Source: Trichosphaerium sp. ATCC 40318 (Eukaryota > Protista > Tubulinea). From it: a stretch of DNA of 64,000 nucleotides. A program made the position numbers and the translations under genes. The stretch lies in contig JALMLS010000451.1 in assembly GCA_038496445.1 (NCBI GenBank), positions 85,380 to 149,379 of the forward strand, given 5' to 3'. Below, piece after piece: positions 11,678 through 30,519 of this stretch. The stretch's first letter is position 1; each line of letters opens with the position of its first letter. Below the pieces are notes generated by a model. The model ran no database searches. It was not told the origin of the DNA and was given only the letters and a program-made list of their open reading frames with translations.

Positions 11678-14600
11678 ATGAAGAGAAAGGCGTCACAGTC
11701 TGGAAACAGCATCCCTTTAAGCAAAAAAATGAAACCAACAGCGTCAACCGCAAAGGTTACAGATGTTCAGAAGTTGTATGAAGCGGAAATCGGGTCTTTT
11801 GATCAGTTTACTGCTAAGAAGTTCTCAGAGCAGATAGGTACGCGAGAACGCGTTGAGTAAGGTTTTTTTTTGTTCTGTTTAACAAAACCACAGCAAACAA
11901 GCCTTGGTTGGATTCAATAGACCTGAAAGTTGAAGATGCGAAGTATTTCGAGTTATTTAATGCCGGTGGGTAACAACGGTGCTTTTGTCAATTTGACAGA
12001 CGTTTAGATCCTGCCACAAGGTCAAATAAGCACTATGTTGCCGAAGATTTCCGTTTGGGTACAGACGAGATGGGATTACTCAAAAAAAACGGTTTTGTTG
12101 TCTCCTCTCGTTTAGGTGATGGAAGTCCAGGTACGCAATACTATTAAAGCTTTACAACGAAAGGAACTTGACACAGTTACAGGAAAAACGTATTTTAAAA
12201 TTTTCTCAAACGACTTGCCTGTCTTCATTACAGCTGACTCAATGCTTCACGCGTGGCACTGGTACGAATGAATAGAGAAAGAGTCACCTTTTCTTTTTCA
12301 AAGCTTTCTCTTTGTTACTTCTTATTGCTGCCTTAGGTCCTTTGACAAGAGCACCATGGAGCTAGAGACGTACTACCACTCTCCAACCCTACGTGATATA
12401 TTGTTGGGTATGCTCAAGGCTGTATCCGCGTTACGTAGGACTATCAAAAGTGACAGTGTATTCCACAAGTCATTGGACGACGCAGACTTGTTCCTTAAAG
12501 TAGCGTTACAGCTTCTCCGATTCTCTAGTTCAAGAGACCTCGATAAAGCTCAGACCACTGTATCAGATCCTACCGGTGCTGTAAACAGCTTTACAAGAAA
12601 AGCACTGGCTGGTAAAGGCACTGAAATTGTTGAGCTGTTTGGTGATAAACGGTACAAAAAAAAGTCAGCACCTTTTTTCTTCTTTTGACACGTGCACAGG
12701 AGCATCGATTTTTCCAATTTTATACCACGAGGTCATTACGATAGAACCAAAGAGCTGCAATGTTATTTCAGAAGCTTTTCTTGGCTCTCTGGCATCGACT
12801 TTCGCATTGCCGGTGGTAAAGCTGCTGACAATGAAAATAACGCTAGACAACTTGCAAGTACCCTGGTATTATTCGAATTACTACGTACTTCCCGTGGTCT
12901 CAACAAGGTAAACATCATTCATGTATTCATTTCATGTTACTTACAGAGTCTTAGTGGAAAGATTTACACAAGACAATTGCATTCTTTGCTGGCACTTCCG
13001 ATGCTGCTGATTTTCATAATCTAGAAACAGTTTTGAGTTGGTGGGGTTGGGACAAGGACCCCTTGGGTAAAATCAAGACGGAAACCGATTTGATTAAGCT
13101 CCAAACATCCATCAATGTATCTAGAACAGGAAAAGTACTCATAAACACTGATCCTTCTAATCTAAAGCCTGACGAAAATAATACTCCTGATAGATGTGAA
13201 TTTAGGTAAAAATATGCACTTCTCTTTTTTGACCTTTTTTTTGATAAAAAAAAACTTACCTCCATGTTCTAGATTCATTGGTGGCTGCTTTGTGCTTGAC
13301 ACGTGGGCCATGTCTAAGTTTGTAGGTAAAATGAAGGATCCAGCAACCCAGCAGGAGTTTACTAGGCGTACACTATCAAGTCTCGATATCGCATACTCTG
13401 TCCTTGTACGTGTATTCATCCAACCTTGCGTTAAGCATATCTCATCATGTTAGAATAACGAGGGAGCTGGTATGATAATCTCAGACCGAATCAACGGCAA
13501 AGTACCGCCTCCAGAACCCAAGAGGCGTACTGATGTCTTCTCCTACCAAGAAACGCCTAAAGCAGACTTGGGTGCCAAGATTGGCACTATCAAAGCCATC
13601 ACCAGCAAGGGCTATCGAGAAAATAAGGTTGTAACTACCTTAGCTGTTGACGTTTACGAAAATGAACCTATTGACCACTTCTTGTTGGACATACTCAAAA
13701 AATACCTGGAAAGCCAAAAACCAGTACAAGATGACTTGAGTTATCTCATGTGCGAAAAAAACCCAGCAGTGCGAACCTGTAATTTGCTTATCACTGTTTT
13801 AGGATCAACTGTTATAGTGAGGATTATGCAACAAGATATACTGATCAATCCAAACTCGTAACGGACTATGGTATCGGAAGTTCAGTGACTGAGGTTCACT
13901 TTACTTACATTAACATGAAAGATGTACGCACTTTGGGTTTTAACACTTAGAACGTGCTTAAGCTTTGTAGCGCTTGAAGTGGGAGACAGGACCAGAAATA
14001 TATCCACATCATATTCCATCCAAGCTACGTGATGGAAAACCTTTCCAACACCAACTCGAGGTGCGATGCCTAAAAGGTACTTGTAGGCTTATGATTTGTA
14101 GTGTGTAAGAAAGGTTATTAATGACCTTCCGGATGAAATATGGAGTCAGTCAGTGTACAACATGTGGTTGACTGCATTGAGGGAACTATCAGCTGACACT
14201 ACATCCGAAGCATACCCTCAAGGTATGCCTTAAATTGGATTGGATCATTTCTAACTGAACTGTTAGCAATGCGTACAAAAGCTTGGAAACTCAAGGACGT
14301 GAATACTCAAGCAGCATCTTGGACACAACTTCGTCATGACTTTATCCTTTATATCAAAAAACTAACGCTCCGTGGTGGTTGCTTTTATCCTGATGGCTAT
14401 GTGGAACCACGTGTTAAAGCACGTGATAAATATTAACTTTTTTTTGATAATTCGTCTCTCACGTGGTGCTAACTGGTTTTTCTTAGTTCTGGGAAGCCAT
14501 GGAGAAAATGGCGTTGTTTCAAAGCAACATGTTACTAGCTCTGCCTTTCCCTAAGGGAAAGCATGACATAAAGGACTGGCAAGGAAAAGTTTACAAGACA

Positions 14601-15300
14601 ATTAAATATGATGATATTAAAAACAATCAAGCCCAATTCTACCGTAACTTCGCAAATAAAATGGGTAGATTGAAGGATATTGCAGCAAAACAAGTTGCTG
14701 GAGTTAAGCACGGTGATAAAGATGTAAAGTTTGTCAAAACCATAATGGAAAAATTGCAATTCGGTTCTGGACCTCCTATTCTCGAAGGTAATCAAACTAC
14801 ATTAGTTTTGAGGTGTCTTTCAGCGCTTTGCTCACCACTGACAATCCGCAACCAAATTCTAAATCGTATTGTAGGATGGTATCCAGGATTATTCTTTGGA
14901 TCTAGGACTGGTTGTGTTGACTATGATTCTGCTGTGGTTAGTTAATACAAATTAATTGGTTACTTCTTTTACCTTAACACATTGTGTTCCAGGTTGCTGA
15001 CGTTTTCGATCATATGCCTGATCCTCTAACACACGATGCTGGTGGAGTGCTACACCAAGGTATAGAGCCAGCTGTAAACAAATAACTCACCTGCCTTAAT
15101 TACTAGGTGTAACAAACACTACCAATTTGCTCTTAATTGCTGTCGATACGAAATCCGGAACAGCCATGTTTGCTGGGCCAACTATGGATCATTATGAGTT
15201 TGAAACTGCGCCTGGAGGGCGATACACAGACAAGGAGTGGCAAAAATTATCATTGCGAAAACCTTCACGTCCTGCTTGGTTAAGTAATTTCATGGTATAG
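11678..15300 (+). CDS. DUF3160-family protein (bacterial-type), intron-containing
   Basis: LPVFITADSMLHAWH, DFSNFIPRGHY, YFRSFSWL, SVYNMWLTALR, ASWTQLRHDFILYIKK, GYVEP, VADV, FAGPTMDHYEF match my recollection of DUF3160 motifs; about 15 introns traced in frame. Confidence 0.8.
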
Positions 15301-15461
15301 TCGCAATGGACTGTGAAGCATGACATGCGTCAACCTTTCAACCCCCTTACAAAAAGGAAATAAACTTAGTTTTAGCACATGTGACTATTGATGTAATCCA
15401 TTGTGAGTTGCTGAAGTTATACCAAGACTCTAGAGTTGATAGTGTTTGAAGATTTTTGGTT

Positions 15462-18972
<3,511 letters not shown>

Positions 18973-19259
18973 TCGAACTATTTACGCGTTGGCTACTCGT
19001 TGGAGCGATTGTTCTGTTTGGAGGTTAAGGCACGAGAATTATTGTCGTTGACACTTGTAAAAACTCTAACTAAAGTCGACAATGTCATTATTTTAGTCCA
19101 ATAGGCTGTTTTTTAATGAACGCAAGCAGAAATACGGTTGAAAACGCTATGCCATCGTAAACATTATTTTATACTCACTGGCCGTCACAATAGTTTATAT
19201 GGTGAGCAAATACATCGTACACAAAATTACAAACGTTTTTATGAAATTACAAGGTTAAT

Positions 19260-19481
19260 TTAGTTGTAGTACAGCTCCAAGCCCATACCGTCTTTGATTT
19301 CGTAGTCTTCTAATGTAATATGATCCTTGTAAATAGTATACCATTTTTGCAAGCGAATCTTCTCTGGTTTGGTGCCTGTCTGCGCAGCGATGATCTTCTT
19401 TAGATCGCCGATTGTATCATCAGGATTACACTTTACGCGCACTTTCTTGCCAAGTCTGTCGTTTACAATAATTTCTATCAT
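19260..19481 (-). CDS. UBL5: Ubiquitin-like protein 5 / Hub1 (intronless)
   Basis: [18 protein letters not shown]...[15 protein letters not shown]. Confidence 0.98.
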   Translation of the reverse strand: MIEIIVNDRLGKKVRVKCNPDDTIGDLKKIIAAQTGTKPEKIRLQKWYTIYKDHITLEDYEIKDGMGLELYYN

Positions 19482-19704
19482 AGTAGGAGTGGTTTATAAC
19501 GTTAGAACAGTATTCGAATGGTGTAATTGGCGCACTTATTTGTGATTAAGGCCACTTGAAAAAAGCAAAGAAAAGGGTATTACTTCCTTCTCATAACTAC
19601 TGGTGAACACTCTTACATGGCTCTCACCGAAAGGTACAAATCAAATAGCAAAATTTTTATGACACTTGACACATTGCAATAATAATAAAAACTATTGCAA
19701 TGTT

Positions 19705-20146
19705 TTACCATTGCAAGGATGAAGAAAGTTTACATGGTGGTTCTGTCGGATTAGCTGGCATAGTAGAGTGAGTTCCATCGCAGAAAGGAGGCGCTTTGGT
19801 GTATTTACAACCACAAATAAGGCTTAGTTTTGTGTTTGGTGCTGTAAAGACGACAGGTGCGAATTTAGGTTTGCCATCGTCTCCAAGAATTGTCAAATGT
19901 GTATTGTCGCAAAGCGGTTGGCTCTGAAGCTGTTTAGCACTATTTACATACACAGCTTACCTTGCTTGCGCCGCAACTGCACCATCTATAGCTCTTTCCA
20001 GGCTCTAATTGGAGAGTGTATGGTGCGTACATTGGAATTTGAGGTATATGATCCGCAACGACGCTTCCAACACTGTGACTATATCATATTGTAAATAATT
20101 CGTACCACGCACGCTTTGTAGCTTCCTCCTTGTTGTTCTCAGCCAT
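19705..20146 (-). CDS. CDGSH iron-sulfur protein with two motifs (CISD3/MiNT-like)
   Basis: YRWCSCGASK|SQPLCDNTH and ICGCKYTKAPPFCDGTH; 2 introns. Confidence 0.88.
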
Positions 20147-20268
20147 CGATGTGTGGACCTACTGTAACACCTTGAATTATTAAACTTAGGCGGCTGGCTT
20201 GCTGTAACGGCCTTTAACTGTAAAACATTCAACAAAACATAACTTAAGCTTATTTTACAGTAACAACA

Positions 20269-22001
<1,733 letters not shown>

Positions 22002-22068
22002 GCAATAAACACGCCTTCTTAATACTCATTTTGTTCCAGTTGTGATGTTTTACAGCTTAGTAATACCA

Positions 22069-23607
22069 TCAAAATTCACGTCTCACAACGGATTGCCGTG
22101 GCGTTTTACAGTGCATTTCAATATCCAAACTTTGGCCTTGTACTCTCTTGAGCCATAAACAACTACAGGCGTTCATACAGTTTTACTTTATTTCATTTGG
22201 GAGCATAACTGGCATTGGTGATGTTTTTTTTGGAGGTGTAATAAGCGGTTTTACTTTTGAATTTACTTCCCGTTCAAACTGAACATGTGGTGCATGGTGC
22301 TTAATTGTAGCTGCAACTGCATCAACGTCGATACCATCCCACCAATAAGGAACGGCAATAAGCGTAATACCTGCCCTTTCACATTCATGCAATTTCTCCG
22401 TGTCACGTGCTTCTCGAACGCTAACGGATAGTCCTTCTGGAAAGATTCTATCAAAATAGTGTTGTTCGCCTTGTAGATATTAATACCATTAAGGAAACAA
22501 ATGAGCTCACCTTGATACTCAACAGCAATATTAAAATCTGCTATAAATATATCTACAGTCATAACTGTTCCAGTAGACTTCTTTATACCAATACAATGCT
22601 CTTCACTTATCTGTGCTGAAGGCCATAATCTTTGAATAGTATGAAACAATAGCCTGGATAGATTTAACTTGACAGAAATTTCCAGAAAAGAATCAAAAGA
22701 ACTATACCTTTGCATTGACTTCTTTGATGGTATGTCAAATTTTGACCAATCCCACACATAGAAAGGATCCAAAGTCTGCAACGCGTAAGGATAGTACGGA
22801 CGTAATGCAGAACCGCCCAAATCCTTTATGTTATTATATGAAACGCGGTACCTGAAAAACAAATGTGAGAAGCAAAAGGTACTTGTGAAAACAATAATAC
22901 CAATCCTCCATTTTCTTTATATGCAGGTCTGCTGAAATACTCTTCAGGAAATTACGTTGGTTGGTAGCTCTCGTCCAAAACCCATGGTCACGTGTCTTAC
23001 GCTGCTCTAAGCGCGGAGCATCAGGGTATAGCATGCTAATAGCACGTCGTAACGATCCACCATAGTGACTATTTTAAGTGTTTGTTGGCTTTTGACACAT
23101 GATTGTTTTCATTTGCAATTGGCAGCTTTCTACGTACATGTTTAAGATTGATCCACCTCCTAGCTTCTTTACTTGAATAATTTTCACACGTTGCCAATCA
23201 GTTACATGCTTTACATTTAGTTTTTCAGCGATAGCCTCTAATTTTTGTATTTGATTCTCTGGTGAGCTCCAGTGCTTATGTGGAGCAACTCTATGACAGT
23301 TAGGCCACTTAGTGGCACGTTGTAAGCTTACTCAAATTTTGAATCATCCCAGTCATGTTTTGGATATGCCTTACGCAAGGAATTTATCAGAGGCCCATCG
23401 CTGTTGAGTTTAGGAGTGTTTTGTCAAGAAATGTTTAACGTACGTCTCTAAGGTATTCCTCGTTATACCTACACCTTTAACAGTAAATATTCTCTGTTTT
23501 GGTACAGTATACCAAGCATCTAGATGTTTGACACTTAATTTCTCTCCTAATCTATTAAACCTGTTCTTGTACGTAGCGTGTAAAGCCTGATAGTAAGCAA
23601 CACGCAT
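22069..23607 (-). CDS. Helical-repeat protein with C-terminal PD-(D/E)xK/Vsr-like nuclease domain
   Basis: Three repeats of W..xNQ..F/L..I...L.I/V....DW; then TVDIFIADFNIAVEYQGEQHY...CERAGITLIAVPYWW. Ends approximate. Confidence 0.7.
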
Positions 23608-23915
23608 TTATAGCGGGTGTCACATTATACAGAACAAACTACAAATAGCACAGTGGCTTAAAACAACTTGGCTCTTTTTTTCAGCCTAATCTTCCTTGTA
23701 CATTAATTTTTTACTCTGGTAATATCAAACAAACAGTTACAAGTGTTGGTTAAAGAAACATTTGTGCTACTTGGCGTGTGAATTCTCCCAGTGTAGAACT
23801 TCGTCGCAAGATAACCTGCACACTACTTACACCAAGCCAAGCCGCTGATCATATTCAACAAATTGTTCGCAAATTTTGGGTGCGCTTGCTTCGCCCCGCT
23901 TTATGTACACTAATA

Positions 23916-25495
23916 TTACACTGCTTCATCTGGAGTTGCGTCAATTATTCTCTTACAGTAAGGGCAAGACTTATTGCGATGTAACCACTCATCAACGCCT
24001 GTAAAAAATACTTTTAGGAACTCATAAAAAAATAAAACAAAACTCAGTGAAACGTACACTCAGCGTGAAAATGATGTTTGCAAGGCAAAGTACGTAATCC
24101 ATCTCCGTCGTCATATTCGGATAAGCAAATTGCGCACCTGAAACAAGGTAATCAGAGCCAATAATAAACAGCGGAAAAAACAAAAAAGAAAAGAGTCAAG
24201 CAGGACTTACTTTGCATCGTCTGCTTCATACATCCCTTCTGTAAATACAACCTCTTCTGTCGTTTTACCAATAACCTTATCTGAAGCGCCTTAAATATAT
24301 ATCAGTATTGTACGGTGCTTACTTGTTAGTAAGTACCTCGATTTTCTGAGCGGAACAATGTTGGATGAAATATGTAAAGTAATCCCATGAACATCAACGA
24401 ACAACAACAAAACATAAATGCCAGACCAACGATTGAAAGATGTAATATGATCAATGACATACAAAGGCGATATAAATGATGCGACTAAAATATCATCAGA
24501 CGCGGTAAAAAAATATTTTTAAGTTCGTACGCAAGTTTTCGAACGGAAGGTCCAAACCATCCCCATTATGAACCAAAACAGCCAGAATAAATTGAGGATT
24601 CTCTCAAAGAAGAATACAACTTTTCTATGTAACCTTTGTTCGAGTAAGTTTAGCTCAAGTGCGTGAGTTAAAAGGATAAGTTTTTTTTGATTTTTATAAT
24701 CATAATTTCTTTTCCACAAAAGTATACACGAGCTCACTCGTACAATAGCCAATTTTATACATACCTTTGAGACATTGTTAAATTCTCTTCGTTGTGTCGT
24801 CGTAGCATAGGTTTTATGACGTAGGCCAAGTACGTTTCAACAATTAATGTTAACACCTGAAAACATAAGAAAATCCACACCCACCTTTGCATGATAAGTA
24901 AAACAATTGTTGTAGGGCTAATCAAGCTACTAGTTTTCGTAATTCATGAAAAAAAGATAGTGAGGTAATAACAGTACAAGTTTAAATGTATGTTGTTGGC
25001 GGTTCAGGTTACTAGCGAATAGAAACGTACTCTTTTAGTGGTTGATCGCAAGGTTTGTTCCTGTCAATTGTTGCGACGGTTGCTATAGGAATACAGACGC
25101 CCAAGAAATAAATACAGTACAGAAGATGAATCAGGCTGTTAAAAAATTGTTAGACGTTTTCTTTTAACACAAAACCACTTACCTTATCTTTCGCCTGGGC
25201 CTAGCTTCTGGTTCGTCGTCATCCGGAGGAAATACAATGTGGTCGTTACCGTCTAATAAGCCACTCGCTTCATCATCAGACGCATTTAGCGCGTACAAGT
25301 CTAGATTCGCAAACTCATCGTCTGTTACAAAATCTCCTTGCTGAAACTGCGCAGGCTCATCTAATTCTATGGCTGCATCATCGTCAAGAGGCCCAAGGCT
25401 TTCTTCGAGCTAAAAACCAATTAACACGCTTTGCCACATTTTTGCTAGCGAACTTGGTTTATGGTAGTCTCGTCAACTTCTTCTATATCAGACAT
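23916..25495 (-). CDS. Transmembrane RING-H2 E3 ubiquitin ligase
   Basis: [20 protein letters not shown] segments; [24 protein letters not shown]...[15 protein letters not shown]. Confidence 0.88.
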
Positions 25496-25763
25496 CAACT
25501 AATGCCTCGTATTCAACCAAAACGCCAACTTACATGGTAAAAACAAAGTACGCTCCGCCAAAAAACCTCGTGAAACACTTTCACCAAACGGAAGTGCGCA
25601 GGTCCGCGGTGTTACCATGGCGGTAAAAGCACTGCATCGTTGAAGCAACGATGGTACAATTGGCTTTTGTCCAACACAGAAAAACAACTTTCGCGCTCCT
25701 TTTTAAAGCACCCTCAACGCAACAAACACAATGTAACAAGCACCGCTAACGCGAGTCGCGGGT

Positions 25764-25781
25764 TGTGATCACGTGATCACA
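25764..25781. promoter_or_regulatory. 18-bp perfect palindrome with a TCACGTGA (E-box/CLEAR-like) core
   Basis: TGTGATCACGTGATCACA, ending 57 bp upstream of the cathepsin ATG. Confidence 0.5.
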
Positions 25782-25837
25782 TTTAACTTTGACTTTTCGT
25801 AGTGAAATTTTCCAATTGTTTCAAACAAATACAAAAC

Positions 25838-27208
25838 ATGCAACGCCTCCTTCTACTAGCACTTGCCTTCGCGGTCTTGGCTTTCGCCGCCCATGGTAAC
25901 GACTACAAACGTCAATTCACCCGCTGGGTCCGTACGCACGGTAAAACCTACAGTGCCACCGAATACCGCCCAAGGTACGCACTTTACAAGCAAATTAGGA
26001 AAAAAAATGATTCTGATACACGTTTTTAGATTTAAAGTATGGAAGCGTAACGCTAAGTTCATCGAGCGCCACAACGCTGATGAGACCAAGACCCACAAAG
26101 TAGCAATGAACCACCTCGGTGACTTGTCTAGCCTTGAATTCCGCTCTGTCTACCTTGGTTTCAACGGAAACACCAAATCTGGTGTCTCTGTAACTAGCGA
26201 GAGAGATGCTGCTGTACCAGATACCTGGGATTGGAGGCCAAAAGGCGCTGTTACTCCTATTAAGAACCAAGGACAATGCGGTTCTTGCTGGTCGGTACGT
26301 AACCCCCGAAAATGCTTTTTCTTTACGCACTGTTTCACCATACGGTTACAGCGTATTTTTAGTTTTTTTATCGACTAATTCTCACGTGACCAAAGATTTA
26401 TATTATTGTTTTAACTTTTCATTATAGTTTTCTGCCGCCGAATCTACCGAAGGTTGTCACTTCCTCGACACTGGTAAACTCGTCGGTCTCTCTGAGCAAA
26501 ATTTGATGGACTGTTCCCAATCATACGGTAACCAAGGATGTAACGGTGGTTTGATGGACCAAGGTACGCGTTACCCTTTTTTTTTTTTACTTTTCGTACC
26601 CAATAACTAATTTTTTCAATTAGCTTTCGAGTACATCATCAAGAACGGTGGTATCGACACTGAATCTAGCTACCCGTACGCTCTTATTTTCTGATATTTC
26701 ATAAATTTTCGTGTATTTTTCGGTCGTTTTTGGTACTAATCACGCTCTGCAGATACCAAACCGAGTCAACATTCGACTGCAGATACAAGGCCGCTAACTG
26801 CGGTTCTACCGTCACATCTTACAAAGATGTTCCTTCTGGTGATGAGAACTCTTTGATGTCTTTCGTCTACGCTGCCCCTACCTCCGTAGCTATTGATGCT
26901 TCCCACCAATCCTTCCAATTCTACAGCTCTGGTGTCTACTATGAACCAGAATGCTCTTCCTCCCAACTTGACCACGGTGTTTTGGCCGTCGGATACGGTG
27001 CCTCAGGAAGCTCCGACTACTGGTACGCTACAATAACAAGCTCATAAGATACTTGATTTTTTTTATTGACTTCTTTTTTAGGATTGTCAAAAACTCATGG
27101 GGTGCCGGTTGGGGTGACTCTGGTTACATCATGATGAGCCGTAACCGCAACAACAACTGTGGTATCGCTACTTCTGCTTCCCGTCCTTTGGGTTGCAAAG
27201 ACTGCTAA
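25838..27208 (+). CDS. Papain-family cysteine protease (cathepsin L-like)
   Basis: Signal peptide, I29 prodomain, [38 protein letters not shown]; 5 introns. Confidence 0.96.
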
Positions 27209-27838
27209 ACTTCCCTTGTACTTCGCGCATAATCAGCGAATTTTAAATAAACTTTTGTTTGATTTATTCTATTGTCAGTCAAATTAATTAGCTTCCGTCC
27301 AGATCATTTTTGAAGTCTTGACGTTTAGTATCGACTATTGCTGGTAGTGTACCTTGTCCGTACAATTTCAAGTTAATAACCAACGGAGTTTATGCGGATA
27401 AACACTTGGATTGAAATACAAAAATGCCTACGCTAAAACGTGATATAAAAAGGTGCGCAAGCCAAATATTTCTATTTAATAACTCTAGTAGCCACATCGA
27501 GCGAATAAATTTACCTTGCTCCAATTAGCAATAGTAGTCTTATTTGCTACATAAAAAGGAAAGGAAATTGTGCGTAGCCGAGCAACATAACTCAGCATTT
27601 TTACATTGGCTCAAATGGAGGTAAAAGGGCTGGGAACATTACAAAATCACAATGTGTATAAATATGGAGGTTCTCGTCTTGGTTAACAATGTATGATTCA
27701 CTTTATAAAGAACAAAGTAAAACAGAAGCTTACTAATTTGACTGACAACTACAATATTGTTTGGTTGATTCGTTTACTCTCAAATAAATTTATTGTACAA
27801 AAAGTACTCATCTGAGTACGATAAATTACATTTTAAAA

Positions 27839-28930
27839 TCACGTGTAAAGACTTTGCGTAGAGCTCAGATGTGTCCAACCTCTCTTCCTAAATACACCAT
27901 TACTTTTGAACATGTCAAGTGCTAGTACGTACAAATGTGTTGGTGCAGATGTTGATGCCTTCGCGTGCGTGACTGCGTATTTGTACCCTCGTTTTCTTGC
28001 ATCATCGAGGCGCATTTTAGTTATGCCCAGATTTAAACCACGTTTTTTAGCAGAGGGTAACGTTGCTCCAAGCTGCAAGTTAATGGTACTATCTTTTTCA
28101 AAGTACGCTGTCATACCAATCGCCTGAGGTTCGGTCGCATCTATCAAAGTAAGCAACCGAAGCAATAGGTGTACGAACGCACCACGCAACTTTCCTAGGT
28201 AGATATCGACGTCACACTTCGATTTTATAGCACTCTCAGCATATCTAACTGCAGACTCCTATTTTACTATGTGAGAATTTATCTAGATAAAGCGCGTACT
28301 ATATCGCATCCACAGCACTTGCTTATAATCTTTCCAATCTTTTTATAGTCTCTAGTGAATGATTAGACTATTATTTTACACCTTGCAAGCACGTGTACGT
28401 TTCTTTCCAAACGTCAATGTCGTCGGCCATTGTATAGTTGTCGCTATTTGTTGTAGACCCCAGGCAATGATACAAACTATGTTTTAACCCATAGTCACGT
28501 GTTAACTTCGTAAAAAGTCCTTTGACGCTCCGATGGGTGTAATTAGGGTCTTCTATGATATCCCAAGCGAGGACATCTCCACAACTCAACGTTTTTTTTA
28601 TTGCGTTATCTACACTTATTCCCTTCGGATCAAAATGAGTAATAAGGCACGTTTTACTGTTGGTCATCTGCGGATCATAACGACCAGTAACTCCTTCGAT
28701 GGGAATGGCTTGAAGTGTCAGTTTTCATTTTATTGATAGTTCGTACGACGCCCTGGTAGTGCTGAAAATGGCCTAGGATACAATCTTATGGCATCGTAGC
28801 AAACTCTAGTTAGTTTTACTATCTCTTCTGTGGCGAGTTGTTGTGCTGTATGATGAACAGGTATTGTTGGTACAGCTCTAGAGTTAGGTCTAGAAACTCG
28901 AACAGCTGCTTTGGCGTAGATATGAGCCAT
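27839..28930 (-). CDS. GNAT-family acetyltransferase-like protein
   Basis: LQLGATLPSAKKRGL...RLDDARKRGYKYAVTHA...STSAPTHLRKRGW resembles the GNAT motif A/B region. Confidence 0.7.
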
Positions 28931-29188
28931 TTGTGAATAAAGAACGAAAGCCAATTTTATTATTAGAATGATTGATTATTTTAACGTCGCACTTCGGAAA
29001 AACTAATGTAACGCGATGGACTTGAAAAGTGTAGTTTGGTCATTACTAGGATAGAAAAACAATACTTGATGGTTTGAAAAGTGGGTGCTTGTTGAAATTA
29101 CATTGAAGGGGGTTACAAGAACGATTCTGGAACGTTATTTCGAAAGCCACTTTCAAAAAATGTAAGAATTTTACTAACCTAAGTGGAG

Positions 29189-30253
29189 TCAACTGGATAA
29201 TTCTGCCTTGTAAGACGCACTCTTTTTGTCCTTGAATGTTTTGACAACTTGGTGATACAAGCCAGCCATACCACCACCAATTGTAGGTGCGACCAAATAG
29301 ATGTAAATGTACCTAAGTTATTAGAATGTAGCTCACTGAAAAACAGAACGCACTTTGCGGTGGCTCCTTCACCCTTATTGTTTCCTGCCATGATATGTAC
29401 TAGGGTTGTACCAATACTAAATGCTGGGTTGAATACAGCACCTGAAACATTACCTGTGTCGAAGTATAAGATAGTTTGATACGGAAAATATTGCTTACTG
29501 AAAAGTGCATTTCCCACTACATACACCAAGCCAAGAGTAAACCCATAAAAGGCACGGGGTTTTGTAGGGTGCTTGAATTGTATTGGATTAGTTTGAACTT
29601 AGTGGCTCTGTACCTGAAGGGTATGTGTTGCTGCTGATGCTTCGATAAAGCTCCATAAGAGTTCAACAACAAACGCCTGTTATGTCAGTTATTAGCAATT
29701 TAATGTGCGTCTTTCGTACATGATACCACTTAAACAGCGGTCCTGGACCTGGTGCATAGGTGTGATCAAATAGGCCATACACAAGCCAACCAGAACAAAA
29801 AGCAGCAGCGGTATGTATGCCTAAATAGGATGAGTGCGTTAAAATGATCACGCGAAGCGAACTTACCGACGTATATGATAGCATGCAGCCAGTCTACTTT
29901 GGCACTTATCAACAATGCCAGTGTATTCGCAGGATTATAATGAGCTGTTTCCGTTTTAAAACTAATTAGAATAGAATCCATAAAACGTACCACCAGACAC
30001 ATGGCCACCAATAAACGTCAATAATACGCGACTGAATCCAATTCTGTGGAAATGTCATTAAAAAAGACATGATGAATGTCACGTGCGCGAAAGGAGCTGA
30101 TAGTGCGTTCATATGCATAGGTACAAGAGCATGTACAGAATTAATCGTAAGTACAAAGAAAAAAGTGCCTAAACATAATGAATTCTTTATCTAGCTGTTT
30201 TGGGACATACCAAAGGCCTCCATCATTAACGCTGCTACATTTATTCTACCCAT
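29189..30253 (-). CDS. Aquaporin / MIP channel
   Basis: GGHVSG.HYNPA and GNVSGAVFNPA NPA boxes; YIYLVAPTIGG. Confidence 0.92.
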
Positions 30254-30519
30254 AGCGAGCCTTTGTTTGATTTTCAGCTTTCAGTGCTTAAACAATAACA
30301 ACGCACCACTTAATCGCTTGAGAGCGATTTATTGTTTTATTTTTTCGAATTTACAGTTGTTTAATCACGTGACACGTGAAAATGAAAATGTTTTTGGTTT
30401 TTGCTTTTGCACCACATAACCACAAACACACCGCATTTACAGTTAAAAAAAAATACAGAACGTGAGTTTCATGTAGTAAGAAGTAAGGAACATCCAATTA
30501 TCTCAATAATATAAATATT

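Noticed and set aside
29072-29160. Imperfect inverted repeat TTGAAAAGTGG/CCACTTTCAA as a MITE
   Set aside because: Too short, no target-site duplication, single copy in the window.
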